The position numbers were made by a program, and so were the translations under genes. 64,000 nucleotides of DNA, taken from positions 317,904 through 381,903 of the forward strand of contig DATKWK010000035.1 of assembly GCA_035529595.1 (NCBI GenBank). Reading direction: 5' to 3'. This DNA comes from Candidatus Bathyarchaeia archaeon (GTDB lineage: Bacteria; Patescibacteriota; Microgenomatia; PFEM01; JAFGMK01). The notes beneath the pieces were generated by a model. The model worked only from the letters and a program-made list of their open reading frames with translations. It was not told the DNA's origin and made no database searches. Below, piece after piece: positions 20,463 to 30,919 of this stretch (positions within the stretch are counted from its first letter, which is position 1; each line of letters opens with the position of its first letter).

Positions 20463-21614
20463 TTAACCGTTTCCGTCCTTAAGTTGGGGAAGATCTAATC
20501 CCTTCAGCTGAGGAATAGCAGAAGTCCCCGCTAAACCCTGAATACTACCATAAATTCCCGCAGTGGACATTAATAACCTCTGTAGTTGTTTTTCCCTTTG
20601 CTTCCAAGCCTTCTCGAAAGAGGCTTTCTCTTGATTAAGCTGGCCCTGCATTTCTTGGAAAACCTCGACCAACGTTTCAACTTGTTGGCGGAATTCATGA
20701 CCAGTGATAAAATCGTAAATCAAGTCAGCTTTTCGGCCTTGATGTTCAGAAATCGCTTTCTGATAGCCTACATCCAAAATACTTTTTCTAAGAAGTATTG
20801 CCAGCGGAATAATTAATGGATGGCTGCAAATCCACACCCCCTCCTTAAGACCAATACCGGTTTTAGCTTCATCAGGAAGCCTTTGGCTAACAATCGCCGG
20901 AATATCGGCCTTTTCCCGCCGAAGATCGGTTTTCAGTTTACCGAGCCAGCCATCAGACCAAGCCTTGGTTCGCTTTGACTCCCAAAGAATAACTCCCCAA
21001 ACTCTACCTTTCGGACTCTTTACTATCTGACGGATATCTGCTCCCTTAACCCCCTTTTCTACCGGTTCTATTTTATCGTTGGGGAACTGTTTATTGAGAA
21101 TCTCCTCCAAATCAAGCTCTAAAACCTCTCCTTGCAGTTGCTGAGAGCCGACTTGAGCTTTTCTACGAAGTTCATCGACAGATTTTTTCAAGTCTCTAAT
21201 AATCTTTTGACTTTCAAGATCCTTATACCGATATTCCTCTTCCGCTTCCAGGCGAGCTTTTTCTCCGATATTTTTTCTTTCGGCATCTAACTTTCTTTGC
21301 GCTTCAAGCTCCAATTCTCTTTCTTTGTCCTCAAGCCGTCTTTTTTCTACCCGAAGCTGCAGTTCCTGCTCACGAAGTCCCTTGATTTTCTCTCTATCTT
21401 CTTGCACTTGCCTTTTAAGATCAGTAATTTCCAAAACGCCTTTTTCTTCAATTTCTCTTCGGATTTTTTCTTCCGCTTCTTTTTTGGCATTGACTATTTC
21501 CTGCTGATGTTTCGCCAGTACATCAGTCTTCACCTCGACTTCTATTTGCTGCCGAAAAGCCTCGGTTACTTCGACTTCTCTGCCACAATGGGGACATTTG
21601 ATAATATTGGCCAT
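20463..21614 (-). CDS. DUF2130 family coiled-coil protein
   Basis: IKCPHC, coiled coil, SQQLQGEVLE, GAD, ILWESKRTKAW. Confidence 0.88.
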   Translation of the reverse strand: MANIIKCPHCGREVEVTEAFRQQIEVEVKTDVLAKHQQEIVNAKKEAEEKIRREIEEKGVLEITDLKRQVQEDREKIKGLREQELQLRVEKRRLEDKERELELEAQRKLDAERKNIGEKARLEAEEEYRYKDLESQKIIRDLKKSVDELRRKAQVGSQQLQGEVLELDLEEILNKQFPNDKIEPVEKGVKGADIRQIVKSPKGRVWGVILWESKRTKAWSDGWLGKLKTDLRREKADIPAIVSQRLPDEAKTGIGLKEGVWICSHPLIIPLAILLRKSILDVGYQKAISEHQGRKADLIYDFITGHEFRQQVETLVEVFQEMQGQLNQEKASFEKAWKQREKQLQRLLMSTAGIYGSIQGLAGTSAIPQLKGLDLPQLKDGNG

Positions 21615-21804
21615 ATAATCACTCTGGATGGAAAAGCTAAATTTACCAGATTATATTACAGTTTTATTAAATACTTATCAAAGCCGGCTACTTGGTATTT
21701 TTTTTCTCTTTTATGCATGGCATTATAGCAAGGGAAACGCTTTTCCAGTTTTAAAATTTTGGGAAAGTTCTTTCTATTCTCTAACTTTTCTAGCCAAGTT
21801 TTTT

Positions 21805-21990
21805 TCATAGCCGTAAAACATTTTGGTTATATGACATCATCTCAGTCGCTGTAATTAACATAGTCGCCGATCTGAATCTGGATTTCCAGAAACTAAAAGT
21901 CATCAACCAACTGGTAATAATTATTATTCCGAAAACAGTAATCAGTATTGGAATTTTGTTTTTCTGATGAATTTTCGGATCCAGTTTCAT
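21805..21990 (-). CDS. Small single-TM protein or truncated gene
   Basis: 61-aa ORF with one hydrophobic segment. Confidence 0.35.
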   Translation of the reverse strand: MKLDPKIHQKNKIPILITVFGIIIITSWLMTFSFWKSRFRSATMLITATEMMSYNQNVLRL

Positions 21991-22047
21991 TGTTAAATTC
22001 TCAGATTTTTATTCCATTACGCCTAAGCCAGAATAAGCCGACTGATT

Positions 22048-22428
22048 TCAATTTCGATCTCTCGATTCCAAAGCTGAACTCTTTGGAACCCGGTATTTGG
22101 AATTAAGACTGGCAGCGTAATTAAAAGCATAAAAATAGTTATGCCATAGCTTGTCTGAAGAAGAGAATTGATTTTCGCCGAAAAAATAATCAACCAGAAC
22201 TTCGCGTAACCTGGTTAACTCACGTAATCTGTCTTTATTTTTCGCATCTTCAATCGTCAGGTCCAACAGTTCAAGGGTCCGGAAAAATGCCTTTTGACTG
22301 TATAAATTATTACCTTTCTTCTTCCATGAAATCGTTCTTTCTACTTCACTGCCAATATTGGCCATTTGCTCGATGAAGCTTAAAGTCTTCCAGCGACCGG
22401 AAGAGAGACTTTGGTGCTGATAAGTCAT
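22048..22428 (-). CDS. Conserved-looking hypothetical protein
   Basis: GRW..LS..EQMANIGSEVER motif; ATGA-coupled to the upstream pseudogene. Confidence 0.7.
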   Translation of the reverse strand: MTYQHQSLSSGRWKTLSFIEQMANIGSEVERTISWKKKGNNLYSQKAFFRTLELLDLTIEDAKNKDRLRELTRLREVLVDYFFGENQFSSSDKLWHNYFYAFNYAASLNSKYRVPKSSALESRDRN

Positions 22429-22607
22429 TTTTTGACTAAATTATTGATAATTGTGATTATTTTCTCCCGGATTCTCGGATCATCTACCCCCGGCTAAGAT
22501 TTGCTATTTTTTTTGACATCAACAACCGCTTTAATTAAATTTCCAAACATCCGTCCGGACATCTTTTTCAGTTCACTGACAGAAATTTGGCTGCTAATAA
22601 TTTTCAT
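22425..22607 (-). pseudogene. DUF5674-like gene with internal deletion
   Basis: MKIISSQISVSELKKMSGRMFGNLIKAVVDVKK joined out of frame to SRGVDDPRIREKIITIINNLVKK*. Confidence 0.65.
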
Positions 22608-22761
22608 CAGTTAATACCAGACCTTAATTATGCTTCTTTCTGGCTGAGCCTTTCGGTTTAGACTAGTTCTATTCTTAAAATTCGCCTACTCTTAGTTTAT
22701 CACTTCAATAGTAAATGAGACAGTATAAAAAAGGGTACTTGGCTGATGATATAATTTGTTT

Positions 22762-22941
22762 ATGGATATTTTGATCGGAACTAAAAATGAATATAAAGCA
22801 ACGGAAATCGTCTCTCTTTTGAGAAATCTACCCAGGGTAAGAATTCACTTCTGGGAAGAACTTGGTTTAGAGATAAAAGTCGAAGAAAATCAAGCAACTC
22901 TTAGAAAATCAATCAGGTCCTTCTCATTCTCGGCCAAATAA
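22762..22941 (+). pseudogene. Ham1/RdgB (non-canonical NTP pyrophosphatase) N-terminal fragment
   Basis: ILIGTKNEYKATEI...VEENQAT, then similarity is lost at the overlap with the convergent gene. Confidence 0.65.
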
Positions 22942-23342
22942 TCAAAACAGCATCTAATCATTGGGTTTAGTTTTGCATCAAGAAAAGCCGCCCGGATATC
23001 AGTCTGTAAACCAATAATCAGTCTTTTCTTTTTCTGATTGATTTTTTGTTGATAGGCTATTCCCAGCTCAAAACAGGCCCCTTCATCCGGCACTCTGCCA
23101 TCAAGAATGAAAAGAAAAACATCCGACTCTTTAATTTTTTCAAGGTCCAGTTCAAACATTAGCTTTCTTCGTTTTTCCTTTGGCATCTTACTATAGAAAG
23201 TCTTGTTTTTTTCCACCCCATCTCTTTGGGGTAAAAACACTTTAAAACCCAAAGACTCAAGTTTATGGGTAAGATCGAGATTAAATTCTTTTTCCGCCTG
23301 AGAAAATAATAGTCCGGCAAAATAGATTTGTTTCATCGGCAT
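22890..23342 (-). CDS. Nucleoside 2-deoxyribosyltransferase family protein
   Basis: IYFAG, VFLPQ, D..I..SD, DEGACFELGIA. Confidence 0.88.
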   Translation of the reverse strand: MPMKQIYFAGLLFSQAEKEFNLDLTHKLESLGFKVFLPQRDGVEKNKTFYSKMPKEKRRKLMFELDLEKIKESDVFLFILDGRVPDEGACFELGIAYQQKINQKKKRLIIGLQTDIRAAFLDAKLNPMIRCCFDYLAENEKDLIDFLRVA

Positions 23343-23469
23343 AGCTTAATACAGGTTGATTCTTGACCTGATATAGATTAATTTTATCACAGCAAACGAG
23401 TCTTTTTTTACTGCCTGATAAAAGCATAGAGAAATATACCTTAAAGACTGAGAGATTGCGTCGAGCTTT

Positions 23470-23736
23470 TTAACTGTATATTTCTTTTCTATGTCCGATT
23501 CTTAAAATAACAATCCTGCTCTTATCGATATCAAAAACAACACGATACTTTCCTATTCGCCAACGATATGATCCCAAAGAGGGCTTTATTAACTTTCTGG
23601 CATAAAAATAGGGTTTTTGGGAATAAAGCTCGATTTTCTTTTTGATTTTTTTCTTGACCACACGATCAAGTTTTTGAATATCTTTGACAGCGGTTTTTGT
23701 GTAAAGAAGATTAAATTTCGCCGAAAACTTGCTCAT
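23470..23736 (-). CDS. RelE/ParE family toxin
   Basis: YRWRIGKYRVVF...IGHRKEIY. Confidence 0.9.
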   Translation of the reverse strand: MSKFSAKFNLLYTKTAVKDIQKLDRVVKKKIKKKIELYSQKPYFYARKLIKPSLGSYRWRIGKYRVVFDIDKSRIVILRIGHRKEIYS

Positions 23737-23959
23737 GAGTAAATATTTCTCTTTTTTTATATTCTTTCCTTGCCTTTTTAATACTATTTAAATACTTTTT
23801 GTTGGCTAAAGCGAGTAAATCTTCAAACAATTCAATACTTACAAGTGCAGAACTAATTTCACCCCTTTTGGATACGAGTAAATAGTCTCTTTTTTTAGAA
23901 ACCTCATCAATGACATCAGCTAAATTATTTCTTAACGTAGTCGTACTAACAATATTCAT
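23711..23959 (-). CDS. Phd/YefM family antitoxin
   Basis: STTTLRNNLADVIDEV...LVSKRG; upstream of and overlapping the toxin. Confidence 0.88.
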   Translation of the reverse strand: MNIVSTTTLRNNLADVIDEVSKKRDYLLVSKRGEISSALVSIELFEDLLALANKKYLNSIKKARKEYKKREIFTHEQVFGEI

Positions 23960-24077
23960 GTTAGTTTTAACTTAACATTTAAAACGTACATTGTCAATTA
24001 TCAAAAGAATTCCAATCCTTTAATTTGCTATATGGTACAAGAATTAAAGCAACTGGAAAGTGTAAAACATTGAATTT

Positions 24078-24839
24078 TTATGGTTTTAAGAAATTAATCA
24101 AGGCCTGGGCAATCGCTTGGGCAGGGATTTGAGGGTTTTTAATTAGCATTCTCGCTTCAGTCGGATTGGTTAAAAAACCGGTCTCCAAAATCGCTGCCGG
24201 AGTCATCGGGTGGATGGCATGTTCAAATCTTCTCCAGGAAAAAGCGTAATAGCCGCTCATATTCATGGTAATGTTTGGGTCTTCATCAAAACCGGTAATT
24301 TTGGCGTATTCCTGTTTAATAAGGGCGATCAAACCATTTGCTTTTCCGGTCAGATCTCTTCTAGGGGCTGCGACTTTAAAGCCTGATGTTTTCGGACTGG
24401 TGCTGCCGTCAGCATGGATTGATACGAAGGCGTCTGCCCAGTAACTAGTCGGGACAGTTGCCGGTAAAATGTCAACGACAATGTCTTCTTTCTCAAGTAT
24501 TTTTTTGATTTCTTTACAAATCGCCAGATTTACTTCCCACTCGGCAGTATTACCGTTACTCGTCCCGCCACTGGTCTTTCTGAGCTTGACTAGTTCATCA
24601 GGCAATTCACTGTTTTTCCAATGTCCGGCTTGTAGCCCAACTCTTAACGGCCCTTCCGGGCGCACCCACTTTAAAAGATTGCCAAATCTGCCCAAATCCT
24701 GTTCGGTTCCGTCTTCCTCCTCAAAATAGGGAGGCGCACCGTAATTTGGAAAATTATACTGACGCCTTAAAGATAACAAACTTCCGCCAAAAATCACTAA
24801 AGCTACTAAGGTCAGACCTAGTAAAACTATTTTTTTCAT
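24078..24839 (-). CDS. N-acetylmuramoyl-L-alanine amidase (Amidase_3)
   Basis: LQAGH, EWEVN, FVSIHAD, AAILETGFLTN; N-terminal TM. Confidence 0.88.
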   Translation of the reverse strand: MKKIVLLGLTLVALVIFGGSLLSLRRQYNFPNYGAPPYFEEEDGTEQDLGRFGNLLKWVRPEGPLRVGLQAGHWKNSELPDELVKLRKTSGGTSNGNTAEWEVNLAICKEIKKILEKEDIVVDILPATVPTSYWADAFVSIHADGSTSPKTSGFKVAAPRRDLTGKANGLIALIKQEYAKITGFDEDPNITMNMSGYYAFSWRRFEHAIHPMTPAAILETGFLTNPTEARMLIKNPQIPAQAIAQALINFLKP

Positions 24840-25030
24840 AAACTTTATTCAATAATTGATTAATGGTAAATAAGAATGATGAATAGTATAACAGCCTCCT
24901 GAAAATGAGCTGAGTTTAAATAGTTTATCATGGTTCTTCAACCAATCTTGCTATTCACCATCAATTTCTTTCTGATATCCGGTATCGATATACCCGAGTG
25001 CGCTTAACTCCAAAATTTTCTGAGGTTCTT

Positions 25031-25064
25031 TGACCGTACCAAGAGAAAGACATCTTGAAGACCT
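25031..25064. repeat. R-type site (degenerate)
   Basis: AAGAGAAA-GACATCTT-G-AAGACCT. Confidence 0.55.
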
Positions 25065-25172
25065 ATATTAGGTGTCTGTTAATGTCTCAGCAAAAATTAA
25101 GATTATTTGGGTAATCTTAATATAGAAAGGAGGAGCATATAATGGACTGCCATCATCGCATAAGAGATAAAC

Positions 25173-25463
25173 CTAAGCGTGAGTACTATAACTGTTTCCA
25201 TTCCTGTTTTTCCCTTTTTTAAGAAAATCTACTAATATTTCAAGTCCTACAAGATAACTTTGCTCCTTGAGGCCAGAAATTTTTTGTAAAACAAGGCCGT
25301 CTAAAATATCAATCCGGCGAAATTTTTCTCTTTGATTAATTTTAGATAAATCGATTACACCAGTAATGTTGGTTAAGATATTCTTACCAATAATAATATC
25401 GCAAGCTAATGGCAATCTTGAGACTTCTATGTTTAATCTTTGAAGGTCACCCTTTTTAGCCAT
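25173..25463 (-). pseudogene. Probable degraded or chimeric gene; N-terminus weakly resembles 3-dehydroquinate synthase
   Basis: DIIIGKNIL N-terminal pattern only; no catalytic region. Confidence 0.25.
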
Positions 25464-25610
25464 TGAAAACTCCTTTGGTCCAACTGGTTAATATATAATC
25501 CCAAGTCGCCTACCATCTACACAAACTAACTCTATAAGTTATACTATAAACGGCAATAAATACCAAATAAATCGGTTTTTAAATAGTTCCCCAGCACCGT
25601 TTCGTGAAGT

Positions 25611-26084
25611 TTATTTAATCTGATTAATCTTGAGAAGATCCTTATCCTTGCGATTGAGAGTCCCAAGAATGAAGTAACCAAAATTTCCAAAAAAAGAATC
25701 CTTTAAATATTGAGATAAATCCGAAATTGAATTAAGCCTGATGATGGGAATCAGTTTAAGCGGCCTTTTTTCGGCAATCAAACAAACGACCTCGGAGGCA
25801 TTCTCGATCAGAGTATCTTTATCAATAAACATCAGCGTATAAACTCTCTCCTCAAAGTTACGATCCAGCATTAAAAATCTTACTCTCTCAGGCCGATTCG
25901 TATTGGTGATATTCCGCAACAACTCTTTTGTAGCTTCGACTTCCCGGTAATTCTTCCCAACAAGGCCTTTAATCTTATTTTTGACCGCATCGACCACCTC
26001 GGTTATTCTCTTGAAGCTGCCTAAAATTACTACCCCACTGATAATACTGGCATTATATTTTCTGACGATTTTCATGTTACTCAA
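25611..26084 (-). CDS. Hypothetical protein
   Basis: 157-aa ORF on the dominant strand. Confidence 0.55.
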   Translation of the reverse strand: MSNMKIVRKYNASIISGVVILGSFKRITEVVDAVKNKIKGLVGKNYREVEATKELLRNITNTNRPERVRFLMLDRNFEERVYTLMFIDKDTLIENASEVVCLIAEKRPLKLIPIIRLNSISDLSQYLKDSFFGNFGYFILGTLNRKDKDLLKINQIK

Positions 26085-26118
26085 GTATAGCAGATCTTAC
26101 AGCAATTATTTTGATTAC

Positions 26119-26142
26119 AAGGGTGAAACACCTCGAGGGTAT
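26119..26142. repeat. R-type site
   Basis: AAGGGTGA-AACACCTC-G-AGGGTAT, ending 8 bp from the HAD stop codon. Confidence 0.65.
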
Positions 26143-26150
26143 AAGTGTGT

Positions 26151-26771
26151 TCAATTAACCAAATCCATTAACGAATCAACTGTCATTTTTGCCCCAACTA
26201 AATCTTTTTTAGAGTGGGTGGTCGTTAAACCCAATGAAAATATTTTTGCTCTATTTAAAGCCTTTATTCCGGAAGGCGTATCTTCAATACCAATGGCATC
26301 ATCGGGTTTAAGTTTCATCCTTGAGAGTGCCGCCCGATAGCACTCCGGGTGAGGTTTACTCTGAACATACTGTTCGGCAGTGATTTGAACGCTAAAATAA
26401 TCTTCTAATCGATGATGCTTCAAAACCTCTTTAATAAGCACTTTTTCAAGTCCGGTCGTACAGGCAAGAATTGGTTTAGCGACTAATTTACCGATTTTAT
26501 TAAGCTGAATTCCACCCTGACTCACTTTGAAGATAAAATCATCCGGATTGGAGGTAAACCTGACTTTGACTTCCGAAAGCAGAGAAAGCATTCCACCTTT
26601 GATCGATTTCCCGCTAAAGTATCGCTTATAGGCGCTTTTGGTAAGATGATAACCGTAAGCTTTTAAAACCTTCCTGAACGCCTTAAAGTGAATCTCTTCT
26701 GTATCGATAATTACCCCATCAACATCGAATATTATCCCTTTAATCATAGATATATTTGTTCCCTGTAACAA
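26151..26771 (-). CDS. HAD-family phosphatase (beta-PGM-like), possibly internally deleted
   Basis: IFDVDGV, KPHP, IEDTPSG. Confidence 0.85.
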   Translation of the reverse strand: MLQGTNISMIKGIIFDVDGVIIDTEEIHFKAFRKVLKAYGYHLTKSAYKRYFSGKSIKGGMLSLLSEVKVRFTSNPDDFIFKVSQGGIQLNKIGKLVAKPILACTTGLEKVLIKEVLKHHRLEDYFSVQITAEQYVQSKPHPECYRAALSRMKLKPDDAIGIEDTPSGIKALNRAKIFSLGLTTTHSKKDLVGAKMTVDSLMDLVN

Positions 26772-26778
26772 AACAATG

Positions 26779-26802
26779 ATAACTTCAAAGTGCCTCCGAC
26801 AA
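26779..26802. repeat. L-type site (degenerate)
   Basis: ATAACTTCAAAGTGCC-TCCGACAA. Confidence 0.45.
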
Positions 26803-26883
26803 TCTAAGAATATTATAACAGAGACGATAGAAGGAAAAACTTACACAAGCATCAAGGATAAATCATCTTGAATGTCTTATTTT

Positions 26884-28221
26884 TTAATAGTGAACTATCT
26901 GTCTTAATAATCGTTTGTGAAACTCGGTGATACGCTCATCGATCAAAATATCATTACGCCATATTCTTTTGGTCAAAATTATCCCCTCTAAACTCCGGCA
27001 CCGGCTCAGGGCGACATAAGTTTGGCCATGGGCAAAGGGCGACCGGCTGAAATCAACACAAACTTTATCCAGAGACATGCCCTGGCTTTTATGAACGGTA
27101 ATCGCCCAGGCTAGCCGGAGCGGATATTGTTTCAGTTTGCCGATGACTTTTTCCACGAGCCCTCCGGTTTCCTGATTATATTCGTATTCGATGTTGTCCC
27201 ACTCGTTGATATCGACCGCCACAATTTTTTTGGTTTCATTAATTTTGACCTCGATTAAATCCTCAGCCAACTCGTCAACCTTACCCAATGTCCCGTTTAC
27301 CCACCGTCTACCCGGATCGTTTTTGACAAATAAAACTCTCGCCCCTTTCTTAAGCTTTAATTCCAAATCAACCGGCAAATTCCGGTTCTCGGTCGGAAAG
27401 TCGCCCTCGATCGCCGCCTGGTAAACAAACAACGGCTTTTTTATCTTGTCGAGTTTTCTTTGATTAATTGCCTCGGCGGTTTTATTGACCGTGCATAAAA
27501 CAATATGGCTCCCGGGCGGTTGTTTGGCCGTTACTCTTTGATTAATTAAACTGAAAGTATCAGCAGAGACGTCACCCGATCTAACCTGGTTAAGGAATTC
27601 AATAAAATGAAGTTCCTTTTGCCGGAAAATTGTTTTTAGCTCAATCACATTAAAATCGTCCAGTTCAAAAGAATTGGCGCTGAAAAAATAGGGAGAATCA
27701 TAAAGCTGGCTATAGGTCGAGATATCCTGATAGGTAATCACCGGCGGCAGCTGGTATAAATCGCCGACGATAACTACTTGAATACCCCCAAACGGCAATC
27801 TTTCGTCCCGGCCATTAAGTCTTAAAAAACGGTCAACACCGTCAAACAGATCCGCCCTGACCATGGAGATCTCATCAATCACCAGGCAGTCCAAATCGGC
27901 AAAGATTCGCTTTCCGGTCCTCCTGATGGCTTTCGGTTCAATTAACCGGGGAGGAAAACCGAAAAATGAGTGGATTGTTTGCCCGCGGATATTTAAAGCG
28001 GCAATTCCGGTTGGTGCCAGGACGACCACTTTCTTTTTGGTCTGGTTACGGAAGTATTGGATCAGCATCGACTTGCCGGTCCCGGCTTTACCAATGATAA
28101 AGAGATTTTGGTTGGTATTCTCCAAGATCTCCAAGCACTTTTTATGTTCCTCCGTTAAGACATAGGCATTGTCTCTTTTAAACTTATTCAGAATCTTTTT
28201 AAAGATTTTGGGTTGGCTCAT
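26884..28221 (-). CDS. Pif1/RecD-like SF1B helicase
   Basis: GKAGTGKS, APTG, IDEISM, GDLYQLPP, FRQ, WAITVHKSQG, YVALSR; likely start MSQPK. Confidence 0.92.
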   Translation of the reverse strand: MSQPKIFKKILNKFKRDNAYVLTEEHKKCLEILENTNQNLFIIGKAGTGKSMLIQYFRNQTKKKVVVLAPTGIAALNIRGQTIHSFFGFPPRLIEPKAIRRTGKRIFADLDCLVIDEISMVRADLFDGVDRFLRLNGRDERLPFGGIQVVIVGDLYQLPPVITYQDISTYSQLYDSPYFFSANSFELDDFNVIELKTIFRQKELHFIEFLNQVRSGDVSADTFSLINQRVTAKQPPGSHIVLCTVNKTAEAINQRKLDKIKKPLFVYQAAIEGDFPTENRNLPVDLELKLKKGARVLFVKNDPGRRWVNGTLGKVDELAEDLIEVKINETKKIVAVDINEWDNIEYEYNQETGGLVEKVIGKLKQYPLRLAWAITVHKSQGMSLDKVCVDFSRSPFAHGQTYVALSRCRSLEGIILTKRIWRNDILIDERITEFHKRLLRQIVHY

Positions 28222-28230
28222 GTTTGTGTT

Positions 28231-28368
28231 TTCTTCATGTTTTAAAGTATACACCAGAATTATCGGCTGTAGGCTGGATACTTTTTTAAATCAGGAGAAG
28301 GAAAAAGTTAAAAAAGGTAATTGAAGAAAATTTTACCGAGGTGCAATGGAAAAAGTACCTTGAAGGTG
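28231..28368. repeat. Element body plus R-type site (no L end)
   Basis: AAGTATACACCAGAATTATCGG body, TTTAAATCAG A-rich segment, CCGAGGTGCA-ATGGAAAA-AGTACCTTGAAGGTG. Confidence 0.8.
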
Positions 28369-28581
28369 GTTGCCTTATTTCAATCGGCAGCCCAAATTAC
28401 TAATGTTTTATGGTCACTTTCATTTACGAGTTTGATAATTTGTTTATCCATGCTCGTAACTGCTAATTTTGGACTTTCCATCTTATTTTTTGCCGGCTAA
28501 ACGTACTTTCTATAAAAAATTATATCAGTGTTAATAACTTTGAAGTAAAAAAGGGGATCTCGGGCTTAGATGATTTTAGAA

Positions 28582-29082
28582 CTAACTTTTTATCTTGCTA
28601 AGTTTTTCTTTGGCGATCTCAAATACTGGCTGGTGGTGAAATTTTACTTGTATGTTGTCATCAAGTTTAAGACTGACCATCGGAAACATCGGCTGATTCA
28701 TTTTACTTTTATCCCAAGCTAAGTGAGGGTATTTTTGGGTAAAAGATTCAAAGTCTTCGTCAATAATAAATTCCGCATGTTCTAATGCCGACGGGCAAAC
28801 TTGTTCTTCTTTTGGAGCGATTAATTCTAAGGCAGTAATAGAGTAGTTTTTATAAAACAGGGGTTGTTTGAGCATGAAAAGTCCAACCCGCCGGCCGCCA
28901 ACTAAGTTTTCGTCTAAAAAGTCTCCTTCTTTTTGTAACTCTTGTTTTAACTGGTCATAGTCCTCATTCGAGGAAGCCTGGTAACCAAGATGGTCCATTT
29001 CATACTGAGAAATATCGATACCAACCTCGTTTAGTTTTTGAAAGAAAAAGTTTAAGAAAGTAGTCTGGTCAAGTTTAATCAT
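28582..29082 (-). CDS. VOC/YecM-like protein
   Basis: DHLGYQ, GGRRV, LELIAPK, LEHAEF, VKFH; likely start MIKLDQ. Confidence 0.8.
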   Translation of the reverse strand: MIKLDQTTFLNFFFQKLNEVGIDISQYEMDHLGYQASSNEDYDQLKQELQKEGDFLDENLVGGRRVGLFMLKQPLFYKNYSITALELIAPKEEQVCPSALEHAEFIIDEDFESFTQKYPHLAWDKSKMNQPMFPMVSLKLDDNIQVKFHHQPVFEIAKEKLSKIKS

Positions 29083-29098
29083 AGTGATGATTTTAACA

Positions 29099-29125
29099 CC
29101 GGCGTGCCAAGGGTAAAACAACTGG
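29099..29125. repeat. R-type site (degenerate) at a duplication boundary
   Basis: CCGGCGTGCC-AAGGGTAA-AACAACTGG. Confidence 0.5.
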
Positions 29126-29144
29126 GATACGTATTTTTATCGTT

Positions 29145-30152
29145 TCAGATTTTGGAAACTTCTTTATTAATCTCATCCTCGGAAAACTGGCTCAGACTAA
29201 GACCGAGAAAATGTTTTATTTGACCCGAATCCCAAGGATTTTTGAAGGGCAGGCTGGCGCCATGTTTTTCAAGCAGGGTGACTCCCAAAACATCGCCTGC
29301 CAAAACATCCTTGGAGGCCAGATAAACTTTGGTTTCGGCAATCTCCCCTTTAGAGGGACCGCCTCTGATAAGCGCCCGGGTGCCGTCAATGACCACCAGG
29401 CTTGGTTTGATCGCCAGAGAAATCTCGGCGATCATTTCCTCCCGATTTTTGGAGGCATGAAAGACCATCCGGTCGATCGGATCGATTAGACCAACCAGAT
29501 TTTTAATCGCTAAAGAATGGCCGGTAATCGAATGGGTATGTAAAACCGGAACCGAAATAATATGGTCAACCTCTTGCAGCCTTTTGGGGATTCTGAATCC
29601 GTTGGGCCAAAACTTCGCTTTTTCCGGAGAAACTCTGATCCATTCTTCATCTTCAAAGCCGACAATTTCATCCGCACCCGCTTCTTGGGCAGCGCTATAC
29701 ATTCCGGTCGTTTTCATTGCCGGAATCGTTTTCCAGTTGGGATTTGACCGATCACCAACAATCACATAAGCACCCCGGGCTTTGGCCAGCCGGACCACTT
29801 CCGCCAAAGCCTCAGGGTGGGTGGTTCCAGGCGCCGGATCATCACTGTTAACATTGGGTTTTATCAGAACCTTTTGGCCGGGTAAAATAAAATTCAGGTT
29901 GCCGGTTTTTTGGATGACTTCGTCAATTCCTCTAGCAATGTTGTCGGAATAAACGATTGAAGCAACTACCTGCTCTTCTTTTTGAGGAGTAACCGTAACT
30001 ACGTTTTTATCGCCGACAATATACTCATTCTCGGGTAAATTGAGGGCTTTACCGCCGAGGATTTTTTGATAAACATAGCTAAATCCGGCAAAAATCACTC
30101 CGGCAAAAAGGACAAAGATAATCTTCATTTTTTTAGAAATTTGGATAGCCAT
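29145..30152 (-). CDS. DUF362 family protein
   Basis: KVLIKPN, TTHP, VPVLHTH, AIKNLVG, GGP. Confidence 0.88.
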   Translation of the reverse strand: MAIQISKKMKIIFVLFAGVIFAGFSYVYQKILGGKALNLPENEYIVGDKNVVTVTPQKEEQVVASIVYSDNIARGIDEVIQKTGNLNFILPGQKVLIKPNVNSDDPAPGTTHPEALAEVVRLAKARGAYVIVGDRSNPNWKTIPAMKTTGMYSAAQEAGADEIVGFEDEEWIRVSPEKAKFWPNGFRIPKRLQEVDHIISVPVLHTHSITGHSLAIKNLVGLIDPIDRMVFHASKNREEMIAEISLAIKPSLVVIDGTRALIRGGPSKGEIAETKVYLASKDVLAGDVLGVTLLEKHGASLPFKNPWDSGQIKHFLGLSLSQFSEDEINKEVSKI

Positions 30153-30174
30153 AGATCGAATATCAGCTTGTTAA

Positions 30175-30852
30175 TTAAAAGAGGATATCTTCCTGAGCAC
30201 CCCTTGGCTTTTGAGTACAAATCCGGTAATAACACCATTTGCAACTATCAGGATTTTCAGGCGGGGGAGGGCCGTTTAATAACTTTGAAACTTCGGAAAT
30301 GAAGGCATAAAACCGATCCATATCTTCGGCAATTTCAAACCACTGGGGTTTGGCTTTAAAAATCACGTCTTCAGCCGGAAATGAAATTTCTTCGGGATTA
30401 ATCGCAATGATTCCCATTTTACTGACCTTTTTGGGTTCTCCAAAATCAGGATTTTCTAATGCGAACTTGTAGGCGTGAAGTTGGGCAAAGAATCTCTGAA
30501 TCTTGTCTTCCGTCGGGTCAGTAATTTTAAAATCAATTACGGAATAAGTTCCGTCTTCAAGGCGGGAAATAAAATCAAACCTGCCGCCGATATAACAATC
30601 ATTGGCCGGCGGAATGGGTTTTGATTTTAGGAAACCTTCTTTTACCTCGACCTTTCCGGCCGGAAGAAGCGAATTAATTTCTCTTAAATCCATGCCGATA
30701 ATTGCATTTTGCAAAAGTGAATTCATTTTTGTAAAAACACCGGGCATGCCGATTGAAGGCAATTCTTTAATTAAGCCTTTTGCTTTCTGGTAATAGCAAT
30801 GCTTGCAATCCTCGTATAAATACTTGAAATCCGAAGGAGATAATTTGTACAT
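30175..30852 (-). CDS. PD-(D/E)XK nuclease family (Cas4/AddB-like)
   Basis: LSPS..C..C, GRFD, VIDFK, QLHAY, C-terminal CKWC...C. Confidence 0.85.
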   Translation of the reverse strand: MYKLSPSDFKYLYEDCKHCYYQKAKGLIKELPSIGMPGVFTKMNSLLQNAIIGMDLREINSLLPAGKVEVKEGFLKSKPIPPANDCYIGGRFDFISRLEDGTYSVIDFKITDPTEDKIQRFFAQLHAYKFALENPDFGEPKKVSKMGIIAINPEEISFPAEDVIFKAKPQWFEIAEDMDRFYAFISEVSKLLNGPPPPENPDSCKWCYYRICTQKPRGAQEDILF

Positions 30853-30863
30853 ATCTTTATTCT

Positions 30864-30887
30864 ACACCATTTAAGGTGTCTCAGATA
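30864..30887. repeat. L-type site
   Basis: ACACCATTTAAGGTGTC-TCAGATA. Confidence 0.8.
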
Positions 30888-30919
30888 TCATACTGGGAGC
30901 CAAAGTGTATAATAAAAAA

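Noticed and set aside
21730-23450. Very weak R-like matches near 21730 and 23427 (also 53296)
   Set aside because: Too degenerate to separate from AT-rich background without a profile score
30175-30852. Cas4 as part of a CRISPR-Cas system
   Set aside because: Stand-alone PD-(D/E)XK nuclease with no cas1/cas2 or array nearby
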